Source: Trichoplax adhaerens
Lineage: Eukaryota; Animalia; Placozoa
DNA: 64,000 nucleotides
NCBI RefSeq assembly: GCF_000150275.1
Contig: NW_002060987.1
Span: forward strand, 23,926-87,925
Direction: 5' to 3'
The notes under the pieces: generated by a model
Database searches by the model: none
What the model was told of the DNA's origin: nothing
What the model saw: only the letters and a program-made list of their open reading frames with translations
Program-made: the position numbers and the translations under genes
Shown: in pieces, positions 13,801-28,156 of the stretch
How the letters are laid out: the number at the start of each line of letters is the position of its first letter
How positions within the stretch are numbered: the first letter of the stretch is position 1

Positions 13801-16800
13801 GGAAATTGCAAAGGGCATTGCAGTAACTGAAATATTATATAAAGTTGAAGATAAAGCCCTGGGTGACGACGTTTGATCTGTATTTGGTAAATCGATCGGA
13901 ACTTGATAACGTTCCTGGTTGGGATCGTACATTCGAATACGGATTCGCGAACTAGTTTGAGTTTGAATGTCGACAATAAGTTGCTTTACTGCATTTTGGA
14001 TGATAACTGGATTATTTTTACATCTTGTTAAATAAGCTCTAATGCCAAAATTCGTTGTGACGATAGATGCGTTATAAGCTGCATAATTGTGAGGAAAAAA
14101 ACACCACGGAGCGTTAGCATAATTACCATCATGATTTGGAACCCAACAACAGCCTCTTGCTCTGCATGAATTTTCATTTGCACCATGTTGCGGAAAGCAA
14201 TCAATTCTTTCAGCAGTTTGTACTGCTAAACATGATGATGATGATGATTCATGGCTTCCACATTGATCGCTAGGATAAGCTGGTACTTGCTGAGGTGTTT
14301 CTTGGGTGTAATTCCAATGAATAATGAATTTTTCGTCAACAGGTATTTGTACTCCACTGATATTTAAGATTTTAAACTCACTATCGTATGCATAATTCTC
14401 GATAATTGTTTGATTTATAATCAACTCATTTATAGAATAAGCCATGCCGTAGAAAATAATATTCTCTATTACACCTTGAATACCGTAGCCCTTATGCAAT
14501 ACTGTGGAAAATAATAAGTTTCCTTCAACAGTGTATCGTATTAATGTATAGTTACCAAGTTGATAAGTGCTAGCTGATTCTCCGTCATCTAGGTAAAGTT
14601 GGCCGTCAGCAGTATTATTATCATCAAGGGCAATTAATAGTGTGTAATTATTCATTCGACTGAGTAGAGTATTATTGGAAGGTTCTTGCATAGGCAAAAT
14701 TGAACCTCCTCGTACATGTAGAGGAATGACATCGGCAGGAGCCGATAAAGAAAGACTGGTTCCTGGTTGAATTACTTCTTTTCCAGTATAAAAATCATAC
14801 CATCGGGAGCTTGGAAAATAAGCATTGACCGTTGTTTTGCCTTGCTCGACAACAGGAGTAATCAATAAATTATTTCCCCAAAGAAATTGCTTATCTACTG
14901 TTCTGCATGTTTTATCCTTGGGAAAGACTACAAAAAGAGGACGCATAACCGGCACTCCGGTAGAATGAGATTCAAACATTAACGTATACAAGTAGGGAAG
15001 TAAACGGTATCGAATAAGAAGAACTTTACGGGCATTAGCTGCAAAAGTTGCACCGAAACTAGCTGGGTCTTGTGGAATAGCAGAATCGCTGTTATGATTT
15101 CTTGCCATTACATAGAAAGAGCCTAGCTGCATCCAACGACCACATAATTCAGCATTGCTGTTACCTGAATAACCGCAAATATCAGCTCCTACATATGGAA
15201 TCCCAAATAGGTTAAATTCTAAACAACTTATAATAGATGTCGACATTGCCTCCCAGGACGCGGTATTATCACCTAACCAATGACCACTATAACGGCCACT
15301 GCCTGGAAAAGTCGATCTTGATAATATTATTCCCCTCTTAAGAGGATTAGCTTTACGAATTCCAGACGATGTTGGTAACGTTTCGCTATATCCGTAAATA
15401 TTATGAACGTTATAATGTCTCGAAGTAAATTGGTAAGAATCCAAACATATTGTTCTTTGATATAAATAAGTTTCATCGATGCTACCTGCCATTAGATACC
15501 GTATAGATTATAGAATTATTAAAAATTAGTGGTATTTAATTTAGCTAAAATTCATCGTCTTACGAGGTTTATAGGGTGGATTATTATATTGGTTAACTGG
15601 ACATCCTTGTGTGGAACCATCAATAAAATTTGCCGGTTCATTTTTATTCTATATCGTTAGAACAATAATGTAAAAGTCATTAGGCCTTACATAAAATCTC
15701 TAATTATCGTCTTAGATACTGCAAAACTTGAACTGTATTTCTTACAATCCAGATTCCATCAAATTTAATAACTTGATGAAACTGCTGAATTTTGTTTATC
15801 CACCATTCTTGTGTAGCAGGATTCATAAAATCTAAAAATACTGAATCTCCTATAGCGAGGGCCTTTTCAGACATTAGCATGCAGGTAAGAATGGAATAGT
15901 CACTGGCGAATTCTACTTCATTTTTGAAAATATTTATATGGCGTATTATAACAATCTCTTACCTTGCCAATTAATGGTTTATTACTGCTGCTAGAATTAA
16001 TAAATAAATTTTGTGCTAGCCCTTCGTTGTATATAGTATAATTAGATATCGACTGATTATTGCTTATGGCTGGATCCTAAATAAAACAAAATTATATAAA
16101 GACAAATCTATGGTAAGCTTTTATCGAAAATTTATGGTATAGGTAAACGAAATTTTAATTTTGTATTAAAAATAACTGTTTTGGACAATTTTATTCTAGT
16201 CGAACTACAAGCTCCTACCAAGGTAATCAAATAATGTATTCCCATTTCATGTAGCTTGTTAACGTAATTGGGCAAGCCTGCATACGTATTTTCATTATAG
16301 GTAAAATCCAAATTTGCTCGCATATAGTCAATATCACTTAAGATTACGTCCTATATTATATTTGGTAAAATAATAATGTAATTATTTTATCTCATTTCTG
16401 TATTGTTTATATTTCAGGCTACATACCACTGGAATATTGAAATTGCGATTGTTTTCTAATACATCTTTAATTTGCTGCAAGTTCTTATATCCATATCGAC
16501 TTAATTGAAAACCAAGAGACCAATAAGGAGGTAGAAGTGGCAATCCAATTGTCTGTTGGGAAAATGAGTAAGACTGCTAAGCGTGACAGTACGGCTGAAT
16601 TTGGCACAATAATGTTGCATACGAATTGAACGTTTACAGCCAAGAGTCAGAAGAAAGAGCCATTCTATTAACATTACGGACTTTCTTTGAATAATACTTA
16701 AAGTATCTGCATGAACTGAAACTACTAATCATCTCTAGTACGCGATCCTCAATTAATGCTAATGTGTGCGTTCAAATAGTGCCAATGAATGTAAATTCGG

Positions 16801-19800
16801 ATTATGCGACAGTAATACCTGTATGTAATCGCTAATAACATCCAGAGGGTTATTGCCGACGTAAATAAACAAATCAATGATACCTCCAGTGATGTAATAT
16901 GTTATAGCTGGTGCTGGAGTAATTTCCACTTCTGTTGATTAAATTGATAACATAGAACGAGTCGATTAAGTGTAAATGCAAATAAATCATTCACTGTACT
17001 GTATCTAAACTAGCGTATTTCAGTCATTTACAAAAAAAATTCTATAGTAACGTAGTTATTTAGTTATTGTAAAGCTATAATGACCCAAAGCATTGCTATT
17101 TAAGAGGAAAATGCCATTGGAATTGCCGTCGTCATCTTCAATGTTGAGATAAAATGGATGTACTCCGTATAAATTTTTATCAGCCTAATTATACAAAATA
17201 CAAAATTTAATTTAGTCATCGTGAATATATAGCGGCTTTTGTGCTAATGTCACAAAGTTAAGCAAATAGCAGTGATTAAGGAATTAATTCAGTACCTGAG
17301 GTTGGTTATTAGCCGAGAACATCCCCCATCGTTTCCAGTTAAAATTTTGATGTTTTAACTGTTGATGCTGATGCTCTCCGAAACCGTATAAATCCGTAGA
17401 TTGTATCTTTGTAGCAAATTGAATATACTGGTCCTCAAATACCAGGTTGGCCAGGCTGGTATCAAATCTAATAAAGTAAACTAGTTAACCAGACTTCCTC
17501 TAGTCCCAATAACTATTTTTACATAAATCAATTGTGTAAAGAACGCAGCAGAGTACTTGTAAACAGTGCTATCATATGAGATGATGACTTTTATTACATC
17601 TCAGTGACACTGTAATAATTCTTAATATCCGTTTTAAGCGCGAATTTTACAGTTGATGAGAATGGGCAGTCATGAAAATCAAAGGCTATATCTTCAATAA
17701 AGTATCATAGCAACCTTTAATTACTCAATTGCAAATGCTTACAGTATTAGAAGATATGAGAGCAATAACTTTTAAGACTTACACAACAGCATTGGTCGAT
17801 TTTCTAGTAACAGAAATAGAAAATGGGAATTCTTGAACTTCAACTGAATATGCCGGTTCTAAAGGAGCTTGTGTTTTGTTCCGATTTAATCCTGGTAAAT
17901 CAAGTGGAACCGTATATCTGGCACTGTTTGCATCGAATATCTGATAACGAAGATAGTAATAAATTGCTTATCACCCATACCGTACTATGCATTTTCTGGT
18001 AACTTAAGACCAATATAAGTATGGATACAAAGATAGCGTAGTAATGTGATATGTTAGTTATTAGTATAGGGGAAACTTACCTTTATTCTTAACCTCGAAT
18101 TTGTTTGATAGTCGATATCAAGAATTAGATAATGAATTGCAATACTGTACATTGTTGATGCCTGATTACATCGGGTAAGGTAAGCTTTGATGCCATAGTT
18201 TGTTTTTTCCGCTGCAGCACGATAATGCGAATAATTTGCGGGATAAAAGCACCACGGTGCTCCTTTTACCTGAACAGGAGACCAGCAACATCCATTTTCT
18301 TCACAAATTTGTTGATTTATGCTGCTGGAAGTACAATCTATGCGCTTGTTTACTTCAACATTTGCGCAAGCTTGGCTTCGTTGCCATGAAGATGTGCAAT
18401 TATTTGTGGGGAAATGTGTAGGAATGGAAGAAGCGGTTGGGGCTAATATTTGTGTAGATGATAAGTCATTATCGACTAAAGTTGAAGACGAGATAATTTC
18501 CGAAATTGTGGTCGAATGTAAGCCGATATTTGAAGGCGAATTCAAAACAAATGTAGCCGTTGGACTTAAATTTTGCGTCAAGAATAGATTCGAATCTGAT
18601 GAGACAGAAGGTAAGATAACTTCCGGGGTATGATGAGGCGAAACAGGAGAAGACTCCACTGTTAGTATTTCGGAAGAGCGTGATTCAATTTCTGTTAGAT
18701 GGGAAGAAAAAGAGGCACTTTCCGCAATTGTGGGAGGGATCAAGCTACTAACTAAAGGTGAATTCCAAACCGAAGATCCGGATGAATTCAGAATTTGAGT
18801 AGAGGACAAGTCCGCATCCGTCAAGGTTGAAAAGGAGTTAACCTCCAATAGCACAGAAGAGTACAAACTACGGCTTAAAGGAAGGTTCAACATCGACGAT
18901 GTTGTAAATGGATTCTGGCTTATCAATGAATCAGTATCACTTAATGCAAAAGAAGCCGTTTCTGAAGTAAGACTGGATGAAAGGCTGGAACCAGCTAAAG
19001 CCGATATTAGAGATGAGGGCAAATAAGTATTTACCAAAACTGAAGAAGAGATTGCTTCTGATATTATAGATGATGTCGGAGTAAAATTTCGTGTTGAGAG
19101 TGAGTCAGTATCAGCTAAAATAGAAGAGAAGAAAATTTCTGAAGTAGAACTGGATGAAAAAGAGTAATCAGGTAGAGTTGGAGAGTATAAGTTAGTACTT
19201 GATAAGACTGAAGAAGAATAGATTTCCGAAGTAGAAAGAGATGAAAATATTGGTACTTGTGTAGACGATAAATTATTATCTATAGAAATAGAAGAGGATA
19301 TTATTTCTAAAATTTTCGAAGAAAAGCTACTGCGTAATGGTAACTCAGAAGATCCAGACGGCGTAAATTGTTGGATGGAGGATAAATCGGTATCTACTTT
19401 TGCTAGAGACGAAATAGTTTCTGAAGTAGTATAAGATGGAATCGATGAAATAATTGGAGGTATTTGTGTTAGTTTAGAAGACAGATTAGAGTCTACAAGA
19501 ATAGTTGAAGAGAAACCTACTGTAGAATCTAAGCTTACACTCATGTATGAATTCCAGGTTGAAACAGTAGATAAGATCAATGCCGGTGTAGAGGAAAAAT
19601 CAGTATCTTTGGAAATCGAGGAAGTGATAATTTCTGAATTTTTTGATGAAAATAAATTGTTAATTGAAGGCAATTTCCAAGAAGAATATGTCGGAAGCAA
19701 TTCTGTCGAAGATAAACCGTTAGTCTCGACGTCGGAGTTAGAAACAAGTTTTGATATTGCCAGTGAGCTTAAATTGTAATTGTTAGTCGTTACTAAACTT

Positions 19801-22129
19801 AAAGACGCAGCTTTGGTTAATATATTTGAGGTGATCATATCAAATCCTGCGATGTTAGTATGAGATGTAAAAGTTTGATCTTGAATAATTGAAGATAGGG
19901 TAGATAACGATTTGCCAGTTAAAGGTGCAATATTACTAGACATTTGATTTACTGTTGGAACAGATCCTTCGCTGATAACTAGCACCGACGTAGATTGTAT
20001 ACTGTTGATCAATGACGTTGGTTGTATTGAAGGAAAACTGCTGATAGGCTCGAAATTCGGATGCGATGAAGTACTAAAGGACAACCGGTAAAAGCTAGAA
20101 AATTTTGACTGTTGAGGAGTCAAAGGTATAAAAGTTGAAGAATGAGCGGCGGTGGTGCCAATATTCTCTTCTTTGCTAATGATAGAGGACATTAAATCTG
20201 TTCTTGATAACTCTTGAAAATACAAGCTAATAGAAGATAAAGTAGAACCCGATGGCTCCTTGCTAGTGAAGGAAGTTATTGAATCGAAACTAGTCAAGCC
20301 TTGATTTTTGGTCAAAATCAGAGTTGTAGGAGAAACTGAATGTTGTCTAGAGGCTATAGTATGATAGCTATAGTACTCTGGCATTGATTGAAAATTTGTA
20401 TTAATTCGAGATAAGGTATTGGAGCCCACATTTTGTGAAACAGTCTGCGATAATAATGAATTTGAAGGTATCTGATCGCTCTTGTAGCATGGCATATTGC
20501 TATTCATTGCATTAATTGTATTGCAAGATTGGACTTCGGTCGATAGAATCGATGATCCTGCTATGGTTGAACTTTGATGAATTGAAGTCGTGTAGGATGC
20601 AGTTTGCTTTATTTCTTCATTTGAATAACTTTGCAGAGAAAATTTCGATGGTACTATAGTTAAGCTGGTAGCGACCACAGAAGGCCTTTCTGTTCCATAA
20701 TTAAAACTTGAATATGTGACCGAATTTTGCTGCAGCGTTTTGGAAATTTGATCGCTTGTTACAATAGAAGCTGACATGCTTGGGTTGTCTAGAGAATTTT
20801 GCTGCTTAGTTTCTGAAATGGTAACTTGTTTGGATGAAATATCGCTAGTATCAGGTGCTGCTCCTAGAGATGTGGATATTTTTGTTATTTGTGACCTTAA
20901 ACTTAGTACATCTGTTGACGATATTTCATACTGGTTGTCGTTCATAGAAGCAGACCTAGTTGCAGTTGAGATTGAATTGATCGCACCTCCAGACATCGAC
21001 GACGGGAACGCTACAGTGCTTAAATCTTCCTAGATTGATACAATTATATAGATAGTGCTTAGTTCTTTTGCGATTGGGTTCTAGGTTCAATCGTTAAATA
21101 GCTATATTCCTAAAAGTTAGAATGTCTGTTAGCTTCTATCAAATAACTGACTTTAAAAATTTATAGTTATAGAAAAAGTGTGCTAGTTGTTGATTTAATT
21201 TCAGACTGGATATCGGTTATGGTCGATGAAGCCATTCAAAAAAATTGTTGTTATATATCTAAAAAATTCTAATCTGATTTTTTAGTAATCATAGCTAAAT
21301 ACCGTATATACAATAGCAATAAATAATTTAGTCTTGTACCTAATAAACAGTAGTGATGTTTCAAGCTTTAAAGAAGAATTATTTATGAGCGTCTAAAATA
21401 TCGTCCATTGTCACAATGTGCTATCTAGAATAGTGTTAAGCAGGATACAGAATTGGCTCTTAATTTGATTAAATTGTTAATCTTGAGGGTAATTGTTGTG
21501 CATATGATTTCTTGCTTAGATATCATTAGCATACCCGAAGCTCGTATGTGCATATCATAATAATTGGTTATGCCACTATTCTGGCATATATACTTAAGTT
21601 CTATTTTCGTTATAGCAATTAAATCATACATTATCGTAAACTTTTATAGCTTCTTGCTAGTACTTTTATTGGGTAGGAGATTAAGAAAAATCGAATAACA
21701 TATGATAGTACTGTAATTATTTTAATAATTAATGGATATGAATGTATTAAATACTATCATTCTGATACAATATAGACCGTTAAAATGATATGACAGTAAT
21801 CTTCACTATGGCTTGCTGAATTTATATCTGATAAATACTTACTAAAATGTATAAAGGCTACTTCTTATTATATATAAATCTTACAGTCGAAAAATACCAA
21901 CCTGTTTCAATGTTGTTTTAAGTGACTGGTAAGAAGAGGGTACTGTTAAAAAAGCTGAGTCCGTAGGGGATGTAGTATCCACAGGCAATTGCGTTCCTGT
22001 TAGAGCTTGAAATTCCAACAAGTTTGGTACCGAGACGTAAGCAATCGGTACCACAAAGATGGTAGTAATGGTAGCTACAAATGCTACGCCGATGAGTAGT
22101 TTCATAGAATTATTCATAAACAACTTCAT
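10842..22129 (-). CDS. Sucrase-isomaltase/maltase-glucoamylase-like tandem GH31 alpha-glucosidase, type II membrane protein, about 2,700 aa
   Basis: Exon 22129-21902 encodes a signal anchor ([22 protein letters not shown]). Exon 21029-18081 encodes the Ser/Thr stalk and trefoil (RIDC..C...GCCW...PWCFYP). About 9 short exons follow to 15564, then one exon 15485-11981 (HWLGDN, GADICG, second trefoil, WIDMNE, HWLGDN), then exons 11858-11770, 11385-11336, 11208-11059 and 10904-10842 ending FTLTWL*. Confidence 0.93.
18440..19640 (-). repeat. Degenerate coding repeat in the mucin-like stalk
   Basis: About 12 copies of a [24 protein letters not shown] motif with a period of roughly 28-40 aa. Confidence 0.75.
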
Positions 22130-25100
22130 TTTTATTCTGCTGCTGGTGTAGAAGTGATATTAATAATGATTATAGAAGACTTTAGGAATACATCAAAGTT
22201 TGCAAAGTGATTACAAGGGCCTTCAAATTTCGCCTCTAATCTTTAATCATGTTGATGGTATGTTGATCTAGGAACGATTATGATGATGGAAATTCGTATC
22301 TCGAAATATTAGTAACGAATGTTACGGATAAGGCACGTTTGCTTCTATTGTTTATGGCATAGACTTTATATACGGATAATCCAAGCAAGTACACTCTTAA
22401 TTATTTACTTAGTATGTTTACATTTGAGCTTACGTGCTACATTAAAAATAATGGTGGGTAGGGTTAAAAATCAATTACGGTAAGGAAAGAATAATAATTA
22501 AGTTTTGATCCTTTACTACCATAATTTGTATGGCTCAATCAGATCTATGTTACGAAGTCACATATTGTCCGGGTAGTGACTAGGAAGCGTATACAGTAAG
22601 ATAATCTAGATGTGAATGTTCTTTCGATGCATTGCTTAATGCAAAATATGTTCCCATTCATTTGAACGAGTAATTTACTAGTAATTTATAAACGCTCAAT
22701 CTTTCATTCTCTTACAATTCTTGGTAACACTTCCAAGTCTTCCATAATGGAATACATTTATAATATGAAAAATCATTATAGAAAGTAGATGGCATATTAC
22801 TAAACCTTGGCAATGTCTTAGTTGTTAGCACTTGAAAGTTCTTACTATAGATACCTTCAGATCTTTCTTATTTAAGAAATGCTATCATTATGATAGTATA
22901 TAGAAATTAGTTTGTGTTATGCAATATAATATCTAGGCAATTTTGCTCATTATTCTATATCTGATCACTGCTATTTATTAGCTAGCCACAATAGGTAAGC
23001 TTCTAAGAAAGTATTGATTTTTCATGGTTTGTTTGTAGATAGATGATATTTTACAATTTGTCTAAATTTTAGATATTTTGCAAGTATTTATTGTAAATAC
23101 TGGAGAAATTCTTGAAGTTTGAGATAGTTATTGAGCTCCTAGGGTATGGAATTGGAACTGATTGCATTAAAGAAGGCTAAGTATGAAATACTGGAAATTT
23201 TATCTGTTTTCTTAAACGATGCCAGTCGTTGTTTATTAGTTACTTATTATACCGTGAATATACATTTTTCCATAGGGCAATTTAATTGCTTGGCGTTAGG
23301 GTTTGTGTATGCGGTAAAAATTCAGATTGGAATGTTATAATGATGAATCTATTGCTGTAATAAATAAAGCATATCCTCTACATGGGAATATTAAATTAGT
23401 TCGTTAATTACTTTAATTATCTGATTCTAAAAATGTAATTACGATGGTCATTTAAGTTAACTATAAAAGAATGTTATAAGTATAGTAACTATTGCGTAAT
23501 AAAATTAATTTCAAATTTACTTTCTTTCAGAATCTGATTAATTTTACTATGGTATGAGTCAACCTTCTAACACTATGGTATTTTAATTGAAATCTCTATC
23601 ATAATTTGTTATGCATACTATATGGAAGTATCTTTAGTATAAAATCTAGGTACACTACAAATACCAAATGTAGTATGCGTGTCTCTGGAAAATTCTGAGG
23701 CTATTCTTAAAATACCAAGATATCTTTAAATTTGTTATTTCTTTATTATATTCACTTAATATGACTCGTACCTGTATATATTACAATGCATCTCATTTTA
23801 TTTTCATTAACTACGGAATGTATTACGAAATTCACTGAAAGTAAGTTAAGAATTTCTGTTATTAAATAATTCTAATGTTAATGTGCATACTGTACAGTAT
23901 ATAGAATTAGAATTATTTACGTATGAGTAATTGTAAAGCGCAGGAAGTGACTATCTTAAACAATAGAAAATATTCAAAGGTATGCTAGTTGTTTAGCGGA
24001 TATTTTATTGTAAACGATTTTTTTATATGTAAAGTAAAACTGTGGAATGCTTGTTATAGAGATGAAATATCTATAGCTAGTTGAGTAGTAGATGTTGGAC
24101 ACACTCATATTAACTAATAATTATGAATAAACATTATATGAGTATCGTTAAAGTTTTCTAAATTACATGGCACAGACTTATAAGTTTAGAGGAATTGAAA
24201 AAGCCTGAATTTAAATTGAGCGAAGTGCGAAGAAAATTTGTATACTCATATTTGGTAATATGGGCATGATATACGGTAATTAGATTTAACATATATTACA
24301 AAATGATTTGTGTTCGATTTTATATAAAATTGTCTGAAGCTATCATAAATGGCATGTTTGTCTTCGTTATCTTTCTAGGGGCTACGTTGTCTATTTCTAT
24401 GAATATTATATTGTACTTCAATTTACCGCTTATTAAATTATATGCAATAAAGCATTGACTACCATGTACATCTTTATACTTTTGAGCTAATTTCTTAGGC
24501 AGTTAATGACGAACTAGCCCATGGAATGTCAAAACATTACAGAAAGTTGTCTCCAAATAGACTTTTAGTTATACGATTAGTCGCTAGTTGACTTATAAAC
24601 CATGAATTCATCATATCTTGGATCTACTAATAATGCAAGGGAATATTATTAAAAGAATTTAGCCTCGTCTGTTTATTGTGCGAAAGTGAATATAGATATA
24701 GGAATAATGGAAAAGCTCTCATTGGAAGTTAATTCGCGCTAAATTTGAATCTTTTAATAATTATTGGCATTGTAGATGAAGTAGATCATATAGCGTGAAA
24801 TTGAGTGTTGGATCAGTAACTGGTCATTCCGATCGTTTTATCATAACTAATTAAAAGAGTTGTCGTAGTTGCATAATTATAGCTTGAGTACTTTTTTACA
24901 AGTAGGATTAGACATCTAATAATAAGGTGACAAATGATGTTTGATTATAGTGCAAATTTTCAGTCTTAAGCGTACAGTATATCGTAGCTTTGCAGATTTA
25001 ATTTCTCTGACAAAGAAATTACAATACTTTAATTCAGGCATCACTTGGCATCAAGCTGGAATAGAATTGCATTGATAGACGTAATACACATTAGTGTAAA

Positions 25101-25789
25101 ATATAACTAACTTACTGACATGATTAAGGTGATCACTCTATTTATGTCAGTAGCCTTGGTTGTTCAATGCAATTCGAGAGTTTGGAACCATAAAATTCTG
25201 CATTGTTTATTAAGATAATTTTAACCATTTACGTACAAAGTAACGCTTACAATAATTATTTTTTGCATGTTATTTACTACGGGTGTAAAATTTCAATGAA
25301 ATTAATAAGCAATATACATTATCGGGGCTTTTACAATAGCATCTTGCGTAGTTACAATATCTTCTGAAAATATCAGAATAGTCAATTTAGTGGTAAAACT
25401 ACAAAAGCTTACACTAGCGAGAAATTGATTCGTTATACTCGTGTATGTCAGCTAGAACCCAGTTTATTAATTGCAGTATTCAGTAATGCATAAAGCTAGA
25501 GCATATTTTTAATATAGCATTAAGTTTAGCTATGATTTTACGTCTTATTAATTAATTTTTAGATCAGCAGCTAGGACAGTTTCACCCATTGATATTGCTT
25601 AGTAGCCTGTATCTAACTGATGACTTGGTACGCATTGAATATAGCACAGCGCCATATCGCAGAAAGCAGCTTATTCTTATGTTTAGAATAGGACAATCTC
25701 CACCGTGGAATGAAATTGATAGAACTTATGGCACAATTAAATTATCATGTTAAATAGTATTTACGAATTTCTTTACAATGCCGCCATTT

Positions 25790-27904
25790 TTAGCGGATAT
25801 CAGTAGGCCATTTGGTATGGAAGGGTTGAGATTTGAAAGATAGTCCATTAGAAGGCCTTGAAATAACATCATCATCTTCACAGCAAAAGACGATTACACT
25901 TGGAGTTGTAGCTGTACCTTTATGAAGTTCATGTTCTTCACCAGGAGCTAACTCCGTTACGGCTGTCAGCAACTGATAATCAACATGTGGCGCACTTTCA
26001 GTAATAGGTTCCCAATCTATCGGTGGTGATGTCGGTGGCGATAATAAATACTGTTTGGTTGGCGTTGGAGGGCGTAAGTAACGGTCTTCATCGGATACTT
26101 TTGGTACCTGGGTTTTTTATAATATCACGTTAACATAGTCCGCAGTATTGTAAATTTGTAGCGTCATAAATTTGTCAGAAAATGACTGCAGACTGTAATA
26201 TGGTATTAACTCGTAGAGTATAAATCGGCTTTGATATATCTAGGATAAGGATTGTTATTTAAATACAGCCATAATATAAATCTGTTACCTGTATCAATAT
26301 GACTTTTATTGGTTCGCCATGAAACGGTATTTGGTGTAGTTTTGCTTGAGCGATTTCGGCATTGTTTCTATTTTCAAAAGTGACTCTTACTTTCTTGAAA
26401 TTTTTCAAATAATTAAATCTGATATTGTTATCCACTGTTCTGAAAAGCTGTTCAAATTCTCTCTGTATATTAATAAGAATACAATATAAGAATTTCATCT
26501 CATGAAAAGGTATACGAGTATTTTATTACTTCCGTGGTAGTGAACGGTAATGGATAACTGGAAATTTCTAAAATTAGGTATTGATGCCACACGACCGAAA
26601 AAATCTCTGATTTAAGTAACAATCTACGCGTATTCATCACTACTACTTCATTTTCAATTCACTGGGATAATGTTCTGCTCATACATTCAAGAAGAGATGT
26701 GGAAATGGATTATAAAATAATACAGCATGTAGTAATATAAAATTGATTTATAACATTAGTTGTAACGATCACTGCTACGATGATAATATCGCTGTATAAC
26801 AAAATAATACCAGGCTAACGTATTAATTCAAAAGATGTTATCATTAAAATACAAGAAGAATCAGAAGACAGTGAAACTCTTCCTGCAGTATATTAACGAC
26901 TACAAAAGTCGAACGGAATTCAACGCAACATCAAGTGATGAAATAGTTTCGAACTTACGCGTAATGTACAATAAGTGTACATGATGTATAGTACTACACT
27001 TTTCGTTATCTATGTTCAATGATGTTGACATCATGATGATTATTTACTGTAACAACAGTAACAAAATGAATCATGAATTATAACATTTTAGTCCATGCAT
27101 CATTCTAACGTTAAGTCAATCATGGCTAACGAGAATAGGGTACTGTAATCTATTGGCGTTCATTTCATTTTATATAGGGAAATACAAAATCACTCCTATT
27201 TCATTGCACTACATCGGCTATGCAAAGTCAGAGTCACTTGCTAGTACTGACAAAAATACTGTTGCATGGTTAAATTACTTGTGGCAGCGATTAAGTCAAG
27301 TACTGGACGTGTACAGCATTGGCAACTTTATTACTGCAGAACGGAATCCCAATTTCTGAATAATCCAGTAGTCGTATAACGAAAGAATTTTAGTTTATGC
27401 ATTATTTCATGCAGGCAAGATTGTCAACGAACATTTGATAAAGCCGAAGATGGATCGCTTGAGTCAGTCACTAATTAATTGTACTGTATAATAGTGTACA
27501 TATAGTATAGCAGTTTAACTATTTCAACGCATATCATTGTTGATGCCGGATTCTATCATCAAATTGAGGCTCCATAGCAGTGATTTCTACAGTATTTTGC
27601 TCTACGGTACCATGATCCGATTAATGTAATATATCATACAAAATGGTGGAAAAATATTGACGAGATTGGATTACAGACGTAACCACATAATCGACAGCAA
27701 AGTCTAGATGGATAACACTTAAAATCATCAATTTACAATGTTGATGATTAATACCTTTAAAGATAGGTCTTGGAAGAAAGCATCTGGTAAATCAGCGATA
27801 GATAAAACGGTTTGATTTTCGGCTTGTTCGTGTTGCGAAAAATCATCTTTTACAGCGTCATCATTCACGTTTTCATTGGTAGTATGATTATAATTATCTA
27901 ACAT
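25790..27904 (-). CDS. RCAN: Regulator of calcineurin (calcipressin), 3 exons, 213 aa
   Basis: Exons 27904-27755, 26462-26289 and 26107-25790. RRM-like FEQLFRT..F.YLKNFKKVRVTF, YLRPP, YLLSPPTSPP (FLISPPxSPP motif), PGEEHELH and PSVIVF (PxIxIT-like). Confidence 0.93.
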
Positions 27905-28156
27905 GGCTAATTGAAAACAATATCAATATGATATAGTGCTATGGTTGATTTTGAATCGATCAAAAAATGATAATGTGTACGTATTCGTATGTTATGCGCA
28001 TCGACAGGGTGATACAAATATATGGAAACGCTTTGCGGTTTTTTGTATGGATAATGTTTGCCCAATTTTCTTCGCTTCAAATTGTGCAGCCAGTTTAGAA
28101 TTTTCTACTTGAATCCGATCAAAAGCTTGGTGGATGGTCTCAAGCAAAGTTGTTTA

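Noticed and set aside
18200-21033. Plus-strand ORFs antisense to the Ser/Thr stalk
   Set aside because: Shadow ORFs caused by biased codon usage on the coding strand.
26108-27754. U12-type intron or alternative first exons in RCAN
   Set aside because: Donors are GTATTA and GTAACA with no RTATCCT or CCTTAAC signal, and no convincing phase-0 alternative exon was found in intron 1.
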